This document shows positions 35,942-46,116 of a stretch of 64,000 nucleotides of DNA, one piece after another. Source of the stretch: an uncultured delta proteobacterium. Its GTDB lineage: Bacteria; Bdellovibrionota; FAC87; UBA2466. Numbering within the stretch: the first letter of the stretch is position 1; every line of letters starts with the position of its first letter. The position numbers and the translations under genes are program-made. The stretch spans positions 32,001 through 96,000 of the forward strand of contig CAVZSV010000001.1 in the NCBI GenBank assembly GCA_963778115.1. Reading direction: 5' to 3'. The notes beneath the pieces are model-generated. The model worked only from the letters and a program-made list of their open reading frames with translations. It searched no databases and was not told the origin of the DNA.

Positions 35942-37060
35942 CTACGCTCCGGTCGCTTTAGCGCCTTCGATGGCGTCCATCAAAGCCGTATCCCGCCGCG
36001 TGACGATATTGACCACTAAACCTTCTCTTCCCGCTCTAGCCGTTCTTCCCACACGGTGAACATAGTTTTCCATAGAGTGGGGAAGATAATAGTTAATCAC
36101 TCGCGAGACGTGGTGAACATCTAGGCCGCGCGAGGCCAAATCGGTCGAGACCAAAAGTTCAACTTGCCCGTCACGAAAGGCTTTTAAATTAGCTCGGCGA
36201 ACCACCTTGTCCATCTCGCCCCGATAGACGACGCATTCTCGACCAATGCTATGAAGATGACGGGCCACTTCATCGCACTGTTCTCTCGTATTGACGAAGA
36301 TTAGAGTCCCCCCCGAAGCAGGTTTTTCTAGCTCCGCTTCTAACTGAGGGAACCGCAACCCATCGGCGACAAATCGCTTCTTAGTGATAAGACGCGGAAC
36401 CAAGCGACCCGAGCCTTCGCTACGAATCATTTGTGCTTCGGAAAAGAGTTCGCTAATGAGCGCCTCTACTTTTGGAGAGACGGTGGCCGAAAATAGTCCC
36501 ATTTGTCTCTGGCGAAGACAGTGATCCGCGATTCGTTTGGCATCAGCCAGAAAACTTTCATCTAGCATTTGATCGGCTTCGTCGAACACGAGAAAGCGAA
36601 CGTCGGATAGATTGACTAACTCTCGATCCCTAAGTTGTAAGAGTCGTCCGGGAGTCGCGACCAATACTTCAAAAGAACCTTTCAAATTTTTCTTAGCGAC
36701 TTCCAGCGTGGTTCCACCTAATACACTTCGCACTCTAATGCGCGTATCGTGAGTAAACGTCTTAAAGACCCGAGTCACTTGCTCCCCTAGTTCGCGGGTA
36801 GGAACTATAACAGCGGCCCTGGGGTGGCTTTCGACCTGTACGGGCTGCCCCTCAGTCTCCAGTGTCTTAAGGACATGGAGAATGGGCAAAGCATAAGCTA
36901 GCGTTTTACCGGTTCCTGTTTGCGCGACTCCCACGACCGATTTTCCCGCGAGTAAAGCGGGTAACGTCCTGATTTGGATCTCGGTAGGTGTGAGGAGACT
37001 CTTATCGGCGAGAGTCTTTTGAAGAGACGCAAGAAGATTAAATTCAGTAAACGATGACAT
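35942..37060 (-). CDS. DEAD-box RNA helicase (core only)
   Basis: Q motif, AQTGTGKT, PTREL, TPGRL, DEAD, SAT, SRGLD, HRVGRTAR. Confidence 0.93.
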   Translation of the reverse strand: MSSFTEFNLLASLQKTLADKSLLTPTEIQIRTLPALLAGKSVVGVAQTGTGKTLAYALPILHVLKTLETEGQPVQVESHPRAAVIVPTRELGEQVTRVFKTFTHDTRIRVRSVLGGTTLEVAKKNLKGSFEVLVATPGRLLQLRDRELVNLSDVRFLVFDEADQMLDESFLADAKRIADHCLRQRQMGLFSATVSPKVEALISELFSEAQMIRSEGSGRLVPRLITKKRFVADGLRFPQLEAELEKPASGGTLIFVNTREQCDEVARHLHSIGRECVVYRGEMDKVVRRANLKAFRDGQVELLVSTDLASRGLDVHHVSRVINYYLPHSMENYVHRVGRTARAGREGLVVNIVTRRDTALMDAIEGAKATGA

Positions 37061-37106
37061 TCGAGTGTTTCCTAACACAAATTACAAAAGCTTGAAACTG
37101 GGCTCT

Positions 37107-38372
37107 CTAACGAGGGGCCGCATTAAGACGCCGAACTAGATCTGATAACTCGGCAGGTGTAAAAAACAAGGCACTCAACTCATCGATCGCCTTGCCCCTC
37201 CCTACGTAGACTTCACCAATATGGTCAAACACTTTGTGGGGATTTAGATAGGTTACCGGCCTATTTCTTTCATCCGCCATGAGTCCGGCTTTAAGGTGAG
37301 CATCTACTTCGGAGACAAGCGCGTACAGATCGATAAATATCCGCCAGTCGACCTCGGTCATTCCCAATCGATTCCCTCGCTCAAAGACCTGCTGACGGTG
37401 AGCCACCTCAGCACTAGCCATAAACTTTCCGCGCGTCGCCGGAAAGGCCGCCTCAAATTTTTCCTTAAGAAGTTCTAAAGGGCGCTGTGGATGGGCGACT
37501 AATTCCGGTTTTACCGTTCCCAAGAAATAGTCTAACAACAGATTAAGATCCCATTTACGATCGTGGATCGCATGAGCCATCCCGTGAATGATAAATTCGG
37601 GTAAGCCTGGGATATTAAATTGTTCCACGAAATAAAGGCCCGAATCGTAAACCACTCCATCGGGAGAGCTCATGCTCCTAGGCCAATAGACGGATTGCAT
37701 CTCCATCGCATTGAAAGAATGATCAGACAAATTCTGTTCGAAGTGTCCAAGCAAGGAAAGCCATGAGTCCGGAAAATTCTCAAAAAAATCAACTGTCATT
37801 TGGTAAGTATTCGCCCTAAATAACTCCAACGACTCTATCAGGTGAAGTTTTAACCCCGTATCCCGGAAGTTCCGAACCAAATTTTGGAGCTCTCTGGTCT
37901 TCGGTTTCAGCGCTAAATCAGAAACAGAAATCTCCCGCTTAGCCCCCTGAGCCTTTCTCTTAAATTGGGCCATCTCCTGCTCAATCTCTAAGAACCGATT
38001 ACCCAAGAGTTCAGGAGTGAAAGCCTCTGTCATATATTCATCAAGCACCAAGGTCATGTCGCAAGCGATCGCATAAGGAAGACGGCGCTTAAGCGATTCG
38101 CGTTGCGCATAATCCACTAGCACTTCAATAAAACGATCTGTGTTATCGCGAAAAATCTGAAACTTCTCATGATAACGAGGAAGGAGAGTCCTCATAAACG
38201 CCAGCATGTTATAGGTTTCGGGAACTATATGGCTGCGTACTATAGCCGCGCAATTATCGTCGAATATCTCCTCTAACTCGGCAGGAAGCTCCTCTTTCGC
38301 CCCGAAAGCAGAACAGGAAAGAATCAAAAAAAATAAGGCAATCCGGCGTGGCATCGTATGGGGTTTAACCAA
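37107..38372 (-). CDS. Secreted hypothetical protein with degenerate zincin-like motif
   Basis: Signal peptide; 'FIIHGMAHAIH' and a downstream 'SEVDAH'. Confidence 0.55.
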   Translation of the reverse strand: MVKPHTMPRRIALFFLILSCSAFGAKEELPAELEEIFDDNCAAIVRSHIVPETYNMLAFMRTLLPRYHEKFQIFRDNTDRFIEVLVDYAQRESLKRRLPYAIACDMTLVLDEYMTEAFTPELLGNRFLEIEQEMAQFKRKAQGAKREISVSDLALKPKTRELQNLVRNFRDTGLKLHLIESLELFRANTYQMTVDFFENFPDSWLSLLGHFEQNLSDHSFNAMEMQSVYWPRSMSSPDGVVYDSGLYFVEQFNIPGLPEFIIHGMAHAIHDRKWDLNLLLDYFLGTVKPELVAHPQRPLELLKEKFEAAFPATRGKFMASAEVAHRQQVFERGNRLGMTEVDWRIFIDLYALVSEVDAHLKAGLMADERNRPVTYLNPHKVFDHIGEVYVGRGKAIDELSALFFTPAELSDLVRRLNAAPR

Positions 38373-38450
38373 ATTCCGAGAGCCAGATCAAGCAGCGTAC
38401 TAACTCGGCTAGGAACCCGAAGAAATCACAGAGTTTTTCTACAGAAAGGG

Positions 38451-38795
38451 TTACTTTTTCTTAGTTAGCGAACACGTAAACTGCCCGTCGCGCGAGCTCA
38501 CCTTACCGTCCGCCCAAAAGGTAATCACCTCTTTGGAAAGCGAAATGGCTTCGGGCAGCACTAGGTAGACGTTCCCGGTCTTCTTCGCTTCCTGGCGAAT
38601 TACATAGCCCGACACTTTCCAAGACGGCCCTTCTCCGGTCACAAACTGCGTCTTGCTGTCATAAGAAAAAGCATAATCGGGGTCGCACTGGGAGCCTTCG
38701 CGGGTGCACTGGTAGTCTCCAGAAACATCGGGTTCATCCGCCGCGAAGAGGCAAAAGGAATTAAGACAAATAAACGCCACTAACCAATATCTCAT
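38451..38795 (-). CDS. Small secreted Cys-containing protein
   Basis: RBS GGAGG, signal peptide, 'SGDYQC'. Confidence 0.65.
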   Translation of the reverse strand: MRYWLVAFICLNSFCLFAADEPDVSGDYQCTREGSQCDPDYAFSYDSKTQFVTGEGPSWKVSGYVIRQEAKKTGNVYLVLPEAISLSKEVITFWADGKVSSRDGQFTCSLTKKK

Positions 38796-38972
38796 TTGAG
38801 ACCTCCAGTTTAGGAAAACGCTAACCGCGAAGCTAATCTATAGGAAGGCAAAGAGATATAAACCTTTTTGGGCCTCTCCCTATAGGGATGTCTCTTGCCT
38901 TTTGCTACCTTGGGGAGGAGCATGATTGAAAAATAATTTACGGGTTGGGGCAGTCTATGAGGAGACTAGCCC

Positions 38973-40913
38973 ATGGAAATTATCGCGAGACTATTGCCCC
39001 GCGAACCGAGTCTTCACAACCGGTCCGCTATGAAACTATGGCTCATGAGAAAGGGCACCGAAGCGACCGAATTTGACGAGGTTGATGCCGGAGAGCTTGC
39101 CCCCATTTTAAATAGCCTCTCCGATGGACTGATTCTGACGGACGCGAGTTCAAAAGTTAAGATTCTCAATAAAGCGGCAACGCTAATCTCCGGGGGTAAG
39201 CCTCTTAATGAGTGCCCTCTGTTTCACCCCGACAGAACGACTCCGCTAGCTTTGCAAGACAGACCTCTGGAGCGAGCTCTCCACGGAGAAGAGATCGAAC
39301 GCATGGAGGCGGTGCTAAAAACCCCGGTCCACCCCAATGGGCTCTTTGTTGAGATCAACGCTTCCCCCATCAGAGACGAAGTAGGTCACATTTACGGGGC
39401 GGTAGCTCTTATTCGCGATGTTTCGAAACGAAAGCAGGCCGAAGAGGAGCTCTGGCATAGTAAGCTTCGTTTTGAAACGCTCTCCCACATGGTGAACGAC
39501 TATGTTTGGGAATGGGATATCCCCAACGATATCTCCTGGCGCCAAGGGAGACGCAATGCTTTCGGTTATCGTGAAGAGGAGATCCGTTCGGTAGATACGT
39601 GGTGGAGAGAAAAGATCCATCCCGAGGATCAAGAACGCATCTTTGCCCTTCACGCTGAGGTCATGAGTGGATTTAGACAATCCTGGCGTGCGGAGTATCG
39701 TTGGCTTAAGAATGACGGCTCTTATGCCTACGTTATCGGACAGGCCCACGTTACCCGCCGGGACGAAAACAATCGCCCCACATATATGATGGGAGCCTCT
39801 TTAGATATTACCGATCGAAGATCCATTGAAGAAAGACTCTCTCAGCTGGCTCTCATAGTGGAGTCCACCGACGACGCGGTTTTCAGCGTGGATCTGAATC
39901 GAACCATTCTTAGTTGGAATAAAGGGGCGGAAAAGTTGTGGGGCTATACCCCCGATGAGGTAATCGGCCGTGACGTTCACCTTTTGGGAGATTCCGCGAC
40001 CTCAGAACTTGCCAAAAAGCTTCTCGTTCCAAGGCTCATGAACGGCGAAAGCATTCAACGCTTTGAAATGTGGAGAAAGAAAAAAACCGGCGAAAGCATG
40101 CTACTCTCGCATACCGTCTCGCCCATCAAGAACGCCAAAAATCAAGTGGTTGGGGCTTGTATTGTAGGACGTGACATTACCGACGTCCGTAAGGCCGAAG
40201 AAGAGATCCGACGACTCACCTCCAACCTTGCGCGATCCAATGAAGAGCTAAAGCAGTTCGCCTACGTAGCTTCTCACGACATTAGCGAGCCGCTTAGAAC
40301 CATGGGAAGTTTCGCAAGCCTCCTAAAGAAAAACTACGCAGACCAGTTAGATAGCCGGGGACAGGAGTTTATAGATACCATCGTTGATGGATCGAACCGA
40401 ATGAGGCACTTAATCGACTCGCTCCTCGATTACGCTCGCGTCGAGCAGGCCCCTTTGCATCTGAAAGACGTAGATTGTAGGGTATTGATGGAAAGGCTCA
40501 AAGCCGATCTTAAGTATTCTATCGAAAGGACTCGCGCCGAAATCGTTTCAAAGGATCTCCCCCAAATTACAGCAGATGAAGTCCTTCTTAATCAACTCTT
40601 TCAGAATCTAATATCGAATGCCCTTAAATTTTTCCAAAAAGCTCCTCCTAAGGTGACGATCTCCGCCGAAAGAAAAGGACAAGAATGGACCTTTTCCGTG
40701 AAAGACGAAGGGATTGGGATCGATCCGGTTTTCCACGATCGTATTTTCCAAACGTTCCAGCGATTAAACGGGGCCGGGGACTTTCCTGGTAGTGGGCTTG
40801 GGCTTGCGACCTGCAAGCGGATCATAGATCGTCACGGGGGACGAATTTGGTTCGAATCACACCCCGGCCATGGGACGACTTTTTACTTTTCCATTCCCGA
40901 TCAGGACAAATAG
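38973..40913 (+). CDS. Cytoplasmic multi-PAS sensor histidine kinase
   Basis: Three PAS/PAC domains; H-box 'FAYVASHDISEPLR'; N-box 'FQNLISNALKF'; G1 'DEGIGI'; G2 'GSGLGLA'. Confidence 0.93.
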   Translation: MEIIARLLPREPSLHNRSAMKLWLMRKGTEATEFDEVDAGELAPILNSLSDGLILTDASSKVKILNKAATLISGGKPLNECPLFHPDRTTPLALQDRPLERALHGEEIERMEAVLKTPVHPNGLFVEINASPIRDEVGHIYGAVALIRDVSKRKQAEEELWHSKLRFETLSHMVNDYVWEWDIPNDISWRQGRRNAFGYREEEIRSVDTWWREKIHPEDQERIFALHAEVMSGFRQSWRAEYRWLKNDGSYAYVIGQAHVTRRDENNRPTYMMGASLDITDRRSIEERLSQLALIVESTDDAVFSVDLNRTILSWNKGAEKLWGYTPDEVIGRDVHLLGDSATSELAKKLLVPRLMNGESIQRFEMWRKKKTGESMLLSHTVSPIKNAKNQVVGACIVGRDITDVRKAEEEIRRLTSNLARSNEELKQFAYVASHDISEPLRTMGSFASLLKKNYADQLDSRGQEFIDTIVDGSNRMRHLIDSLLDYARVEQAPLHLKDVDCRVLMERLKADLKYSIERTRAEIVSKDLPQITADEVLLNQLFQNLISNALKFFQKAPPKVTISAERKGQEWTFSVKDEGIGIDPVFHDRIFQTFQRLNGAGDFPGSGLGLATCKRIIDRHGGRIWFESHPGHGTTFYFSIPDQDK

Positions 40914-41016
40914 TAAGGATATCTATTGGGAGGTTAGACGCGTCACGTTAGTTCGGGTAGCAAAGACTACCACCGTCAAAGATTCTCATTCCATCTCCTG
41001 ACACATTCGGTTTTAG

Positions 41017-42108
<1,092 letters not shown>

Positions 42109-42259
42109 GCGGGGCCATTGCTACAAGCCTAATTTGCAACTATTTCAGTGAGCCAAGAGGGGGGCTATAGAATATAGGAGACACTTGGCCTAAAGGCATC
42201 TATTGTATAGGGCTGAAAACGGCAAAACGTCGTTTTTACTTAATTAAGCGAGAGTACAC

Positions 42260-42457
42260 ATGGCCAAAGGCACAGTAAAATTCTTTAACGGCGGCAAAGG
42301 GTTCGGTTTCATTACACCAGATGACGGTAGCAAGGACGTTTTCGTTCACGCTAACGACACCGGCGGAGCCTCCCTTCAGGAAGGGACCAAAGTCGAATTC
42401 GATGTCGTCCAGGGCAAGAAAGGTCCTCAGGCCAGCAACGTCCGAGTCGTATCGTAA
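42260..42457 (+). CDS. Cold-shock protein (CspA family)
   Basis: '[24 protein letters not shown]', 'GKKGPQA.NV'. Confidence 0.95.
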   Translation: MAKGTVKFFNGGKGFGFITPDDGSKDVFVHANDTGGASLQEGTKVEFDVVQGKKGPQASNVRVVS

Positions 42458-42496
42458 GACTTAGTCAGCCAGTTCCGGGCGATTTCGCCCCATAGG

Positions 42497-42527
42497 AAAA
42501 GCTCCGAAAGGGGCTTTTTTCTTTTTT
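42497..42527 (+). terminator. Rho-independent terminator after csp gene
   Basis: AAAAGCTCC-GAAA-GGGGCTTTT stem-loop followed by TTCTTTTTT. Confidence 0.85.
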
Positions 42528-42573
42528 GGCGCTTGCCTAATTCGTCTTGAAATACTGCCGCCCGCCTAGCTAA

Positions 42574-43324
42574 TCAGGTCCAAATAAATCGAGAGCAAAT
42601 TTCAAACCCAACCGTAAGTAGAGCCGGTACCGAGAAAAGAAAGGTAGATACCCGTCGGGGAACCTGCTTCTGATACGTTTGGTACTCAGGCACCAGCGCT
42701 AGCGTCTTCTCCTCCTCAAAAATTCGAACCCATATTCCCAGATAAGTGACCACCGTGAGTCCTACCTGTTCTAAGCTTAAGAAAGGAAGCAGCAAGATCG
42801 CTTGAATGTGGAGAGCTCCCGAATAGATAGGATGTCTCATTAACGTATAGGGTCCCGAAGTGGTAATGCCACGGATTCCGGGCAGGAGTCCAAAGTTAGA
42901 CTTTAGCGCCATTAAACTCATGATGATAATCATTTCGTAAAAGAGCTTCGCAAATACGATAGACCGATAGACTGCTAACGGCAGGCTCACCTGATTAAAA
43001 TGGGAACTCACCAGTCCGTTGGAAAAAAGCACCGCAATGAGCGCAAAAGAATTCACGCGCAACATCGAAGGCACCTTCGATTCTAACGACCGCCACCATT
43101 TGAGCCAAAGCCGTTAACCCTGAGCCCAGTAACAATAGAGCACTCTCGGGGGTAGCCACCGTACGTGGCCATTGTTTAACGAGACCAATTAGCACCAGTA
43201 GCGACACGAATACTTTTTCTCCGACTATCCAAAGGAGCTGCTTAGACGGAGGCTTAATCAGTTTAGTTTTAGTAGCTTGAGGGTCATAGTACGTAGACTC
43301 TCGCAACGAAGAACGTGAGTTCAT
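42574..43324 (-). pseudogene. ICMT/PEMT-family membrane methyltransferase, frameshifted
   Basis: C-part 'FGLLP..RGI.TSGPY..MRHPIYSG..RI.EEEK.L..PEY..Y..QV'. The N-terminal TM part is in another frame, with the shift at about 43065-43080. Confidence 0.7.
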
Positions 43325-43385
43325 CTTAGTTTCCTATTTTTTTTTGAAATCCGAGATTGGAAAGAATTGACAGACTAGCAGAATT

Positions 43386-43760
43386 TCAACTTAGCAATGT
43401 AGGCGGGCGAAAAATAGGAAGACCAATGAGTTCCATATGAACGAAAAATGCGGGAGTCGTCACCCTATCGGGCAAGAAAGACGCATCGAAGTGTTTTCTA
43501 GAAAGAGGGGTGGAGTGATGGGCATGAGTATGCAAAGTACTATCGAAACATTCTCGAAAGCATCCACTGCTTTTTTTGCAAAGATCGTGTTCACAGCGTC
43601 CCCCTGAGCCAACCCCCACGACACTGTTGACCGCCGCTACCAATTTGCAACCTCCGGGAAACGCTCTCACGAAGGGAGTAGAAGGATCGAAAACTTCCAA
43701 GAGGAATAGCGCCAAAGAAAGAAACAGGATGGCTCTTCTTCGGCCGCTCGAAAGAAACAT
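43386..43760 (-). CDS. Putative small exported Cys/His-containing protein
   Basis: Hydrophobic N-terminus, Cys/His cluster and C-terminal 'IFRPP', a pattern seen in small metal-related leader-type proteins. Confidence 0.4.
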   Translation of the reverse strand: MFLSSGRRRAILFLSLALFLLEVFDPSTPFVRAFPGGCKLVAAVNSVVGVGSGGRCEHDLCKKSSGCFRECFDSTLHTHAHHSTPLSRKHFDASFLPDRVTTPAFFVHMELIGLPIFRPPTLLS

Positions 43761-44153
43761 GGTTTTATTTTAGCAGAAACCCTACCGAACGACGGAAAAC
43801 ATTTTGGTCTTTCATCGAGGACTCGTCGCATAAAAACGCATGAAATCATTGCTAACTAACTATCCGACTGTCTGGGTCTTCGCGTTTTCGGACAAGGCAG
43901 GGTTCGTAGCTCATCCTTTGCAACGTTTCTTGTTGATAGCGCGCGCACATTTTAAGGATGATATCCAACTTTTAAGAGTACTCTTTTCTCTTTCTAGAGC
44001 CTCCGCCGAATAAACGGTAGTTCCTTTGGGAAATCCCTTCCATAAATCAGATGCCCAATACCTTTCGATGAAAGCAACACTCGCTTTAAAAGCTCGGCAA
44101 GAAGCGAAACCAGCGCGGTACAGTAACCTATGGACATTCCTGTCTTTCGAAAG

Positions 44154-44906
44154 TCACCATTCTCGATCTGCAAAAATTCTCATGGCATCGCGCCAGAATT
44201 GGGCTTGCCTCGGATGAAAGTTATCGTATCGTTTTCGAAAATCTGGATTTTCGACGTACATCTGTCCCAAGCCGGTGTAGATCTCTTTCGTCGGATGGTA
44301 GAAGCGTTTGATTAAAGCGTAGTGCTGTCTGACGATCTCTTGCACGGCTTGCTCTTCGGGTTTTTGATTAGCTCTGATGGCGGACGTCAAAGCATGATCC
44401 AGTCGCTCAAATTCCTCCCCGACGATATCGTAGTCTTTTTTCTTCCAGCCATTCGTATTTTTTCTAGATTCCGTAACCAGACGCTTTCCGCCGTTTTCCA
44501 CCCAATATTGTTCGTACTCCGCTTGTTTTTCCTTATCGAAACCCAAATACATCTCTTTCGCTTTCATTTCGGTCCCCCCTTCAAGATTCAAAATGGTGTT
44601 GTCGATGGTTTTGATTAATGCATGGGTATGCTCGATATTTCTTTCTAGGATGGCTCGGTGTGACTTTAACGTTTCTACTTTGTCGAAATTAGCCGCTGTG
44701 ATTAACCGCTCGACCTCGGTGAGCGTAAACCCCAATTCTTTAAAGAATAAGATCTGCTGCAGCATTAGCAATTGAGGTTGCTCATAAACACGATATCCGT
44801 TCTCGCCATGGTAAGCAGGCTTTAGTAACCCTATCTCGTCATAGAAGTGCAGTGTGCGAACGCTGACTCCAGAGAGCTTGGCTAACCCTTTTACCGAATA
44901 GGCCAT
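44154..44906 (-). CDS. MerR-family regulator, Mta/TipA type (HTH + TipAS domain)
   Basis: 'YSV..LAKLSGVSVRTLHFYDEIGLLKP..NGYR.Y..LQQILFFKELGF'; TipAS region 'Y.GLGQMYV..P.F..YD'. Confidence 0.92.
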   Translation of the reverse strand: MAYSVKGLAKLSGVSVRTLHFYDEIGLLKPAYHGENGYRVYEQPQLLMLQQILFFKELGFTLTEVERLITAANFDKVETLKSHRAILERNIEHTHALIKTIDNTILNLEGGTEMKAKEMYLGFDKEKQAEYEQYWVENGGKRLVTESRKNTNGWKKKDYDIVGEEFERLDHALTSAIRANQKPEEQAVQEIVRQHYALIKRFYHPTKEIYTGLGQMYVENPDFRKRYDNFHPRQAQFWRDAMRIFADREW

Positions 44907-44933
44907 TGGTGAACCCCTCAACGCTTTCCTATA

Positions 44934-44964
44934 AAGATAAGGGCTCACGCTACGTTAGGGTCAA
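44934..44964 (-). promoter_or_regulatory. MerR-type autoregulated promoter/operator
   Basis: On the minus strand TTGACC-[CTAACGTAGCGTGAGCCCT, 19 bp]-TATCTT. The 19-bp spacer contains an Mta/TipA-like dyad. Confidence 0.8.
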
Positions 44965-45240
44965 TCCTTTTTTTCTCTCAGTACCCCAAGCGAAAAAAGG
45001 CGGTAACCAAAAATACCGCTACGAGTACCAAGGCCGGATATCGTTGTAGGTATTGCGATCGGAGTAGGAAATTAGCGACTCGACGACTACAGGCCCGGGC
45101 GCCTGCCATCATTGCCAATTCAAGTTCTCCATGCTTTATGTAAGTGATGTTCTTTCCTGGTTCCAGGGAAGAGCGCAAATCCTGACCTAACTTGGGGTGG
45201 TCTGGATTTTCACATCTTTCATATGGGATTTGGGGGGGAA

Positions 45241-45951
45241 ATGAAGTTCATGCCTTGGATGGCTTGTCTTGCCGTCTTATCTTTTAGCCTATGGAATGGC
45301 TTATCTTACGCATCCACAGTGGCTCCCGTTGGCAATCCGCTGTCGACGCTGAGTTCGGGATCTGTTGAGGTTCCCGTGTACGAGAAGGTAAATCTAACCG
45401 TAGACGGTAGCACTCAATCTGTCCCTCTTTTCCTGTCGGGAGATGGGATTCGGGAAGAGACGATTATCTTTGATGTGCCCGTTTATACCGCCACCGCCTA
45501 TATCTCTACCGATCCTGCAACGCTCGAAGCGAGCCAAGATAGAGATAAAACGTTGAGCAGTATTTTAGCCGCCCCCACCAAGCTACTGCAATTGACCATG
45601 CTCACCGATCTCACTGCTATTGAAGTTCAGACGGCTTTTAAAGATCAACTAAGAACCAACGGTGTTGATGTGACTTCGGGTCTGGTGGCTCAATTTCTAA
45701 ATAAGATCAATTTTCCGTTTCCCACGGGAATGTCGATCAACGTGGTGGGATATATTCGCGCCGACGGAACCCAGATCGTTCAAGTGGAAGTTCCCAACCG
45801 GCCGTATATTGTTTCTACCGACTCCACTCTCTCCAACGATTGGTGGCTTGTTTGGTTTGGAAAGACAGACGCGAGTGACCCCAATATTGGACAGTTGCAA
45901 GACGATTTAATTAGCCAAATTTTCAAAGGTCAATCATCGCGGATTTTTTAA
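45241..45951 (+). CDS. Chalcone-isomerase-like exported protein
   Basis: Signal peptide; 'L.L.G.GIRE..IFDV.VY.A..Y', 'LQLTML.DL', 'WLVWFG..D..L..DL'. Confidence 0.7.
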   Translation: MKFMPWMACLAVLSFSLWNGLSYASTVAPVGNPLSTLSSGSVEVPVYEKVNLTVDGSTQSVPLFLSGDGIREETIIFDVPVYTATAYISTDPATLEASQDRDKTLSSILAAPTKLLQLTMLTDLTAIEVQTAFKDQLRTNGVDVTSGLVAQFLNKINFPFPTGMSINVVGYIRADGTQIVQVEVPNRPYIVSTDSTLSNDWWLVWFGKTDASDPNIGQLQDDLISQIFKGQSSRIF

Positions 45952-46116
45952 TTCTGAAACGCGCAGCAGTTAGCCGCTCTATCCCCATCTGGGACGAATT
46001 TACCGCGTCCGGGGGGACGAAGCGGATTGCGGAATCGAACGTGATGCTGGTTAGGCTAGGTAGACTCTTAGAACGCCCAGAATATTGAGAACCAAAGTAG
46101 GCTCACCGGTCGATTT

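Noticed and set aside
43910..44153. Roughly 80-codon open frame continuing in frame after the TipA-like TGA stop (read-through or selenocysteine?)
   Set aside because: The TipAS domain ends normally at the stop. No SECIS-like hairpin or recognisable domain was seen, so it is more likely chance or a gene remnant.
44978..45178. 66-aa minus-strand ORF upstream of the MerR promoter
   Set aside because: No recognisable motif or convincing RBS; cannot be supported as a gene.
45990..46022. GGGACGAA direct repeat about two helical turns apart
   Set aside because: It lies between convergent gene ends with no downstream gene to regulate; too short to support a call.
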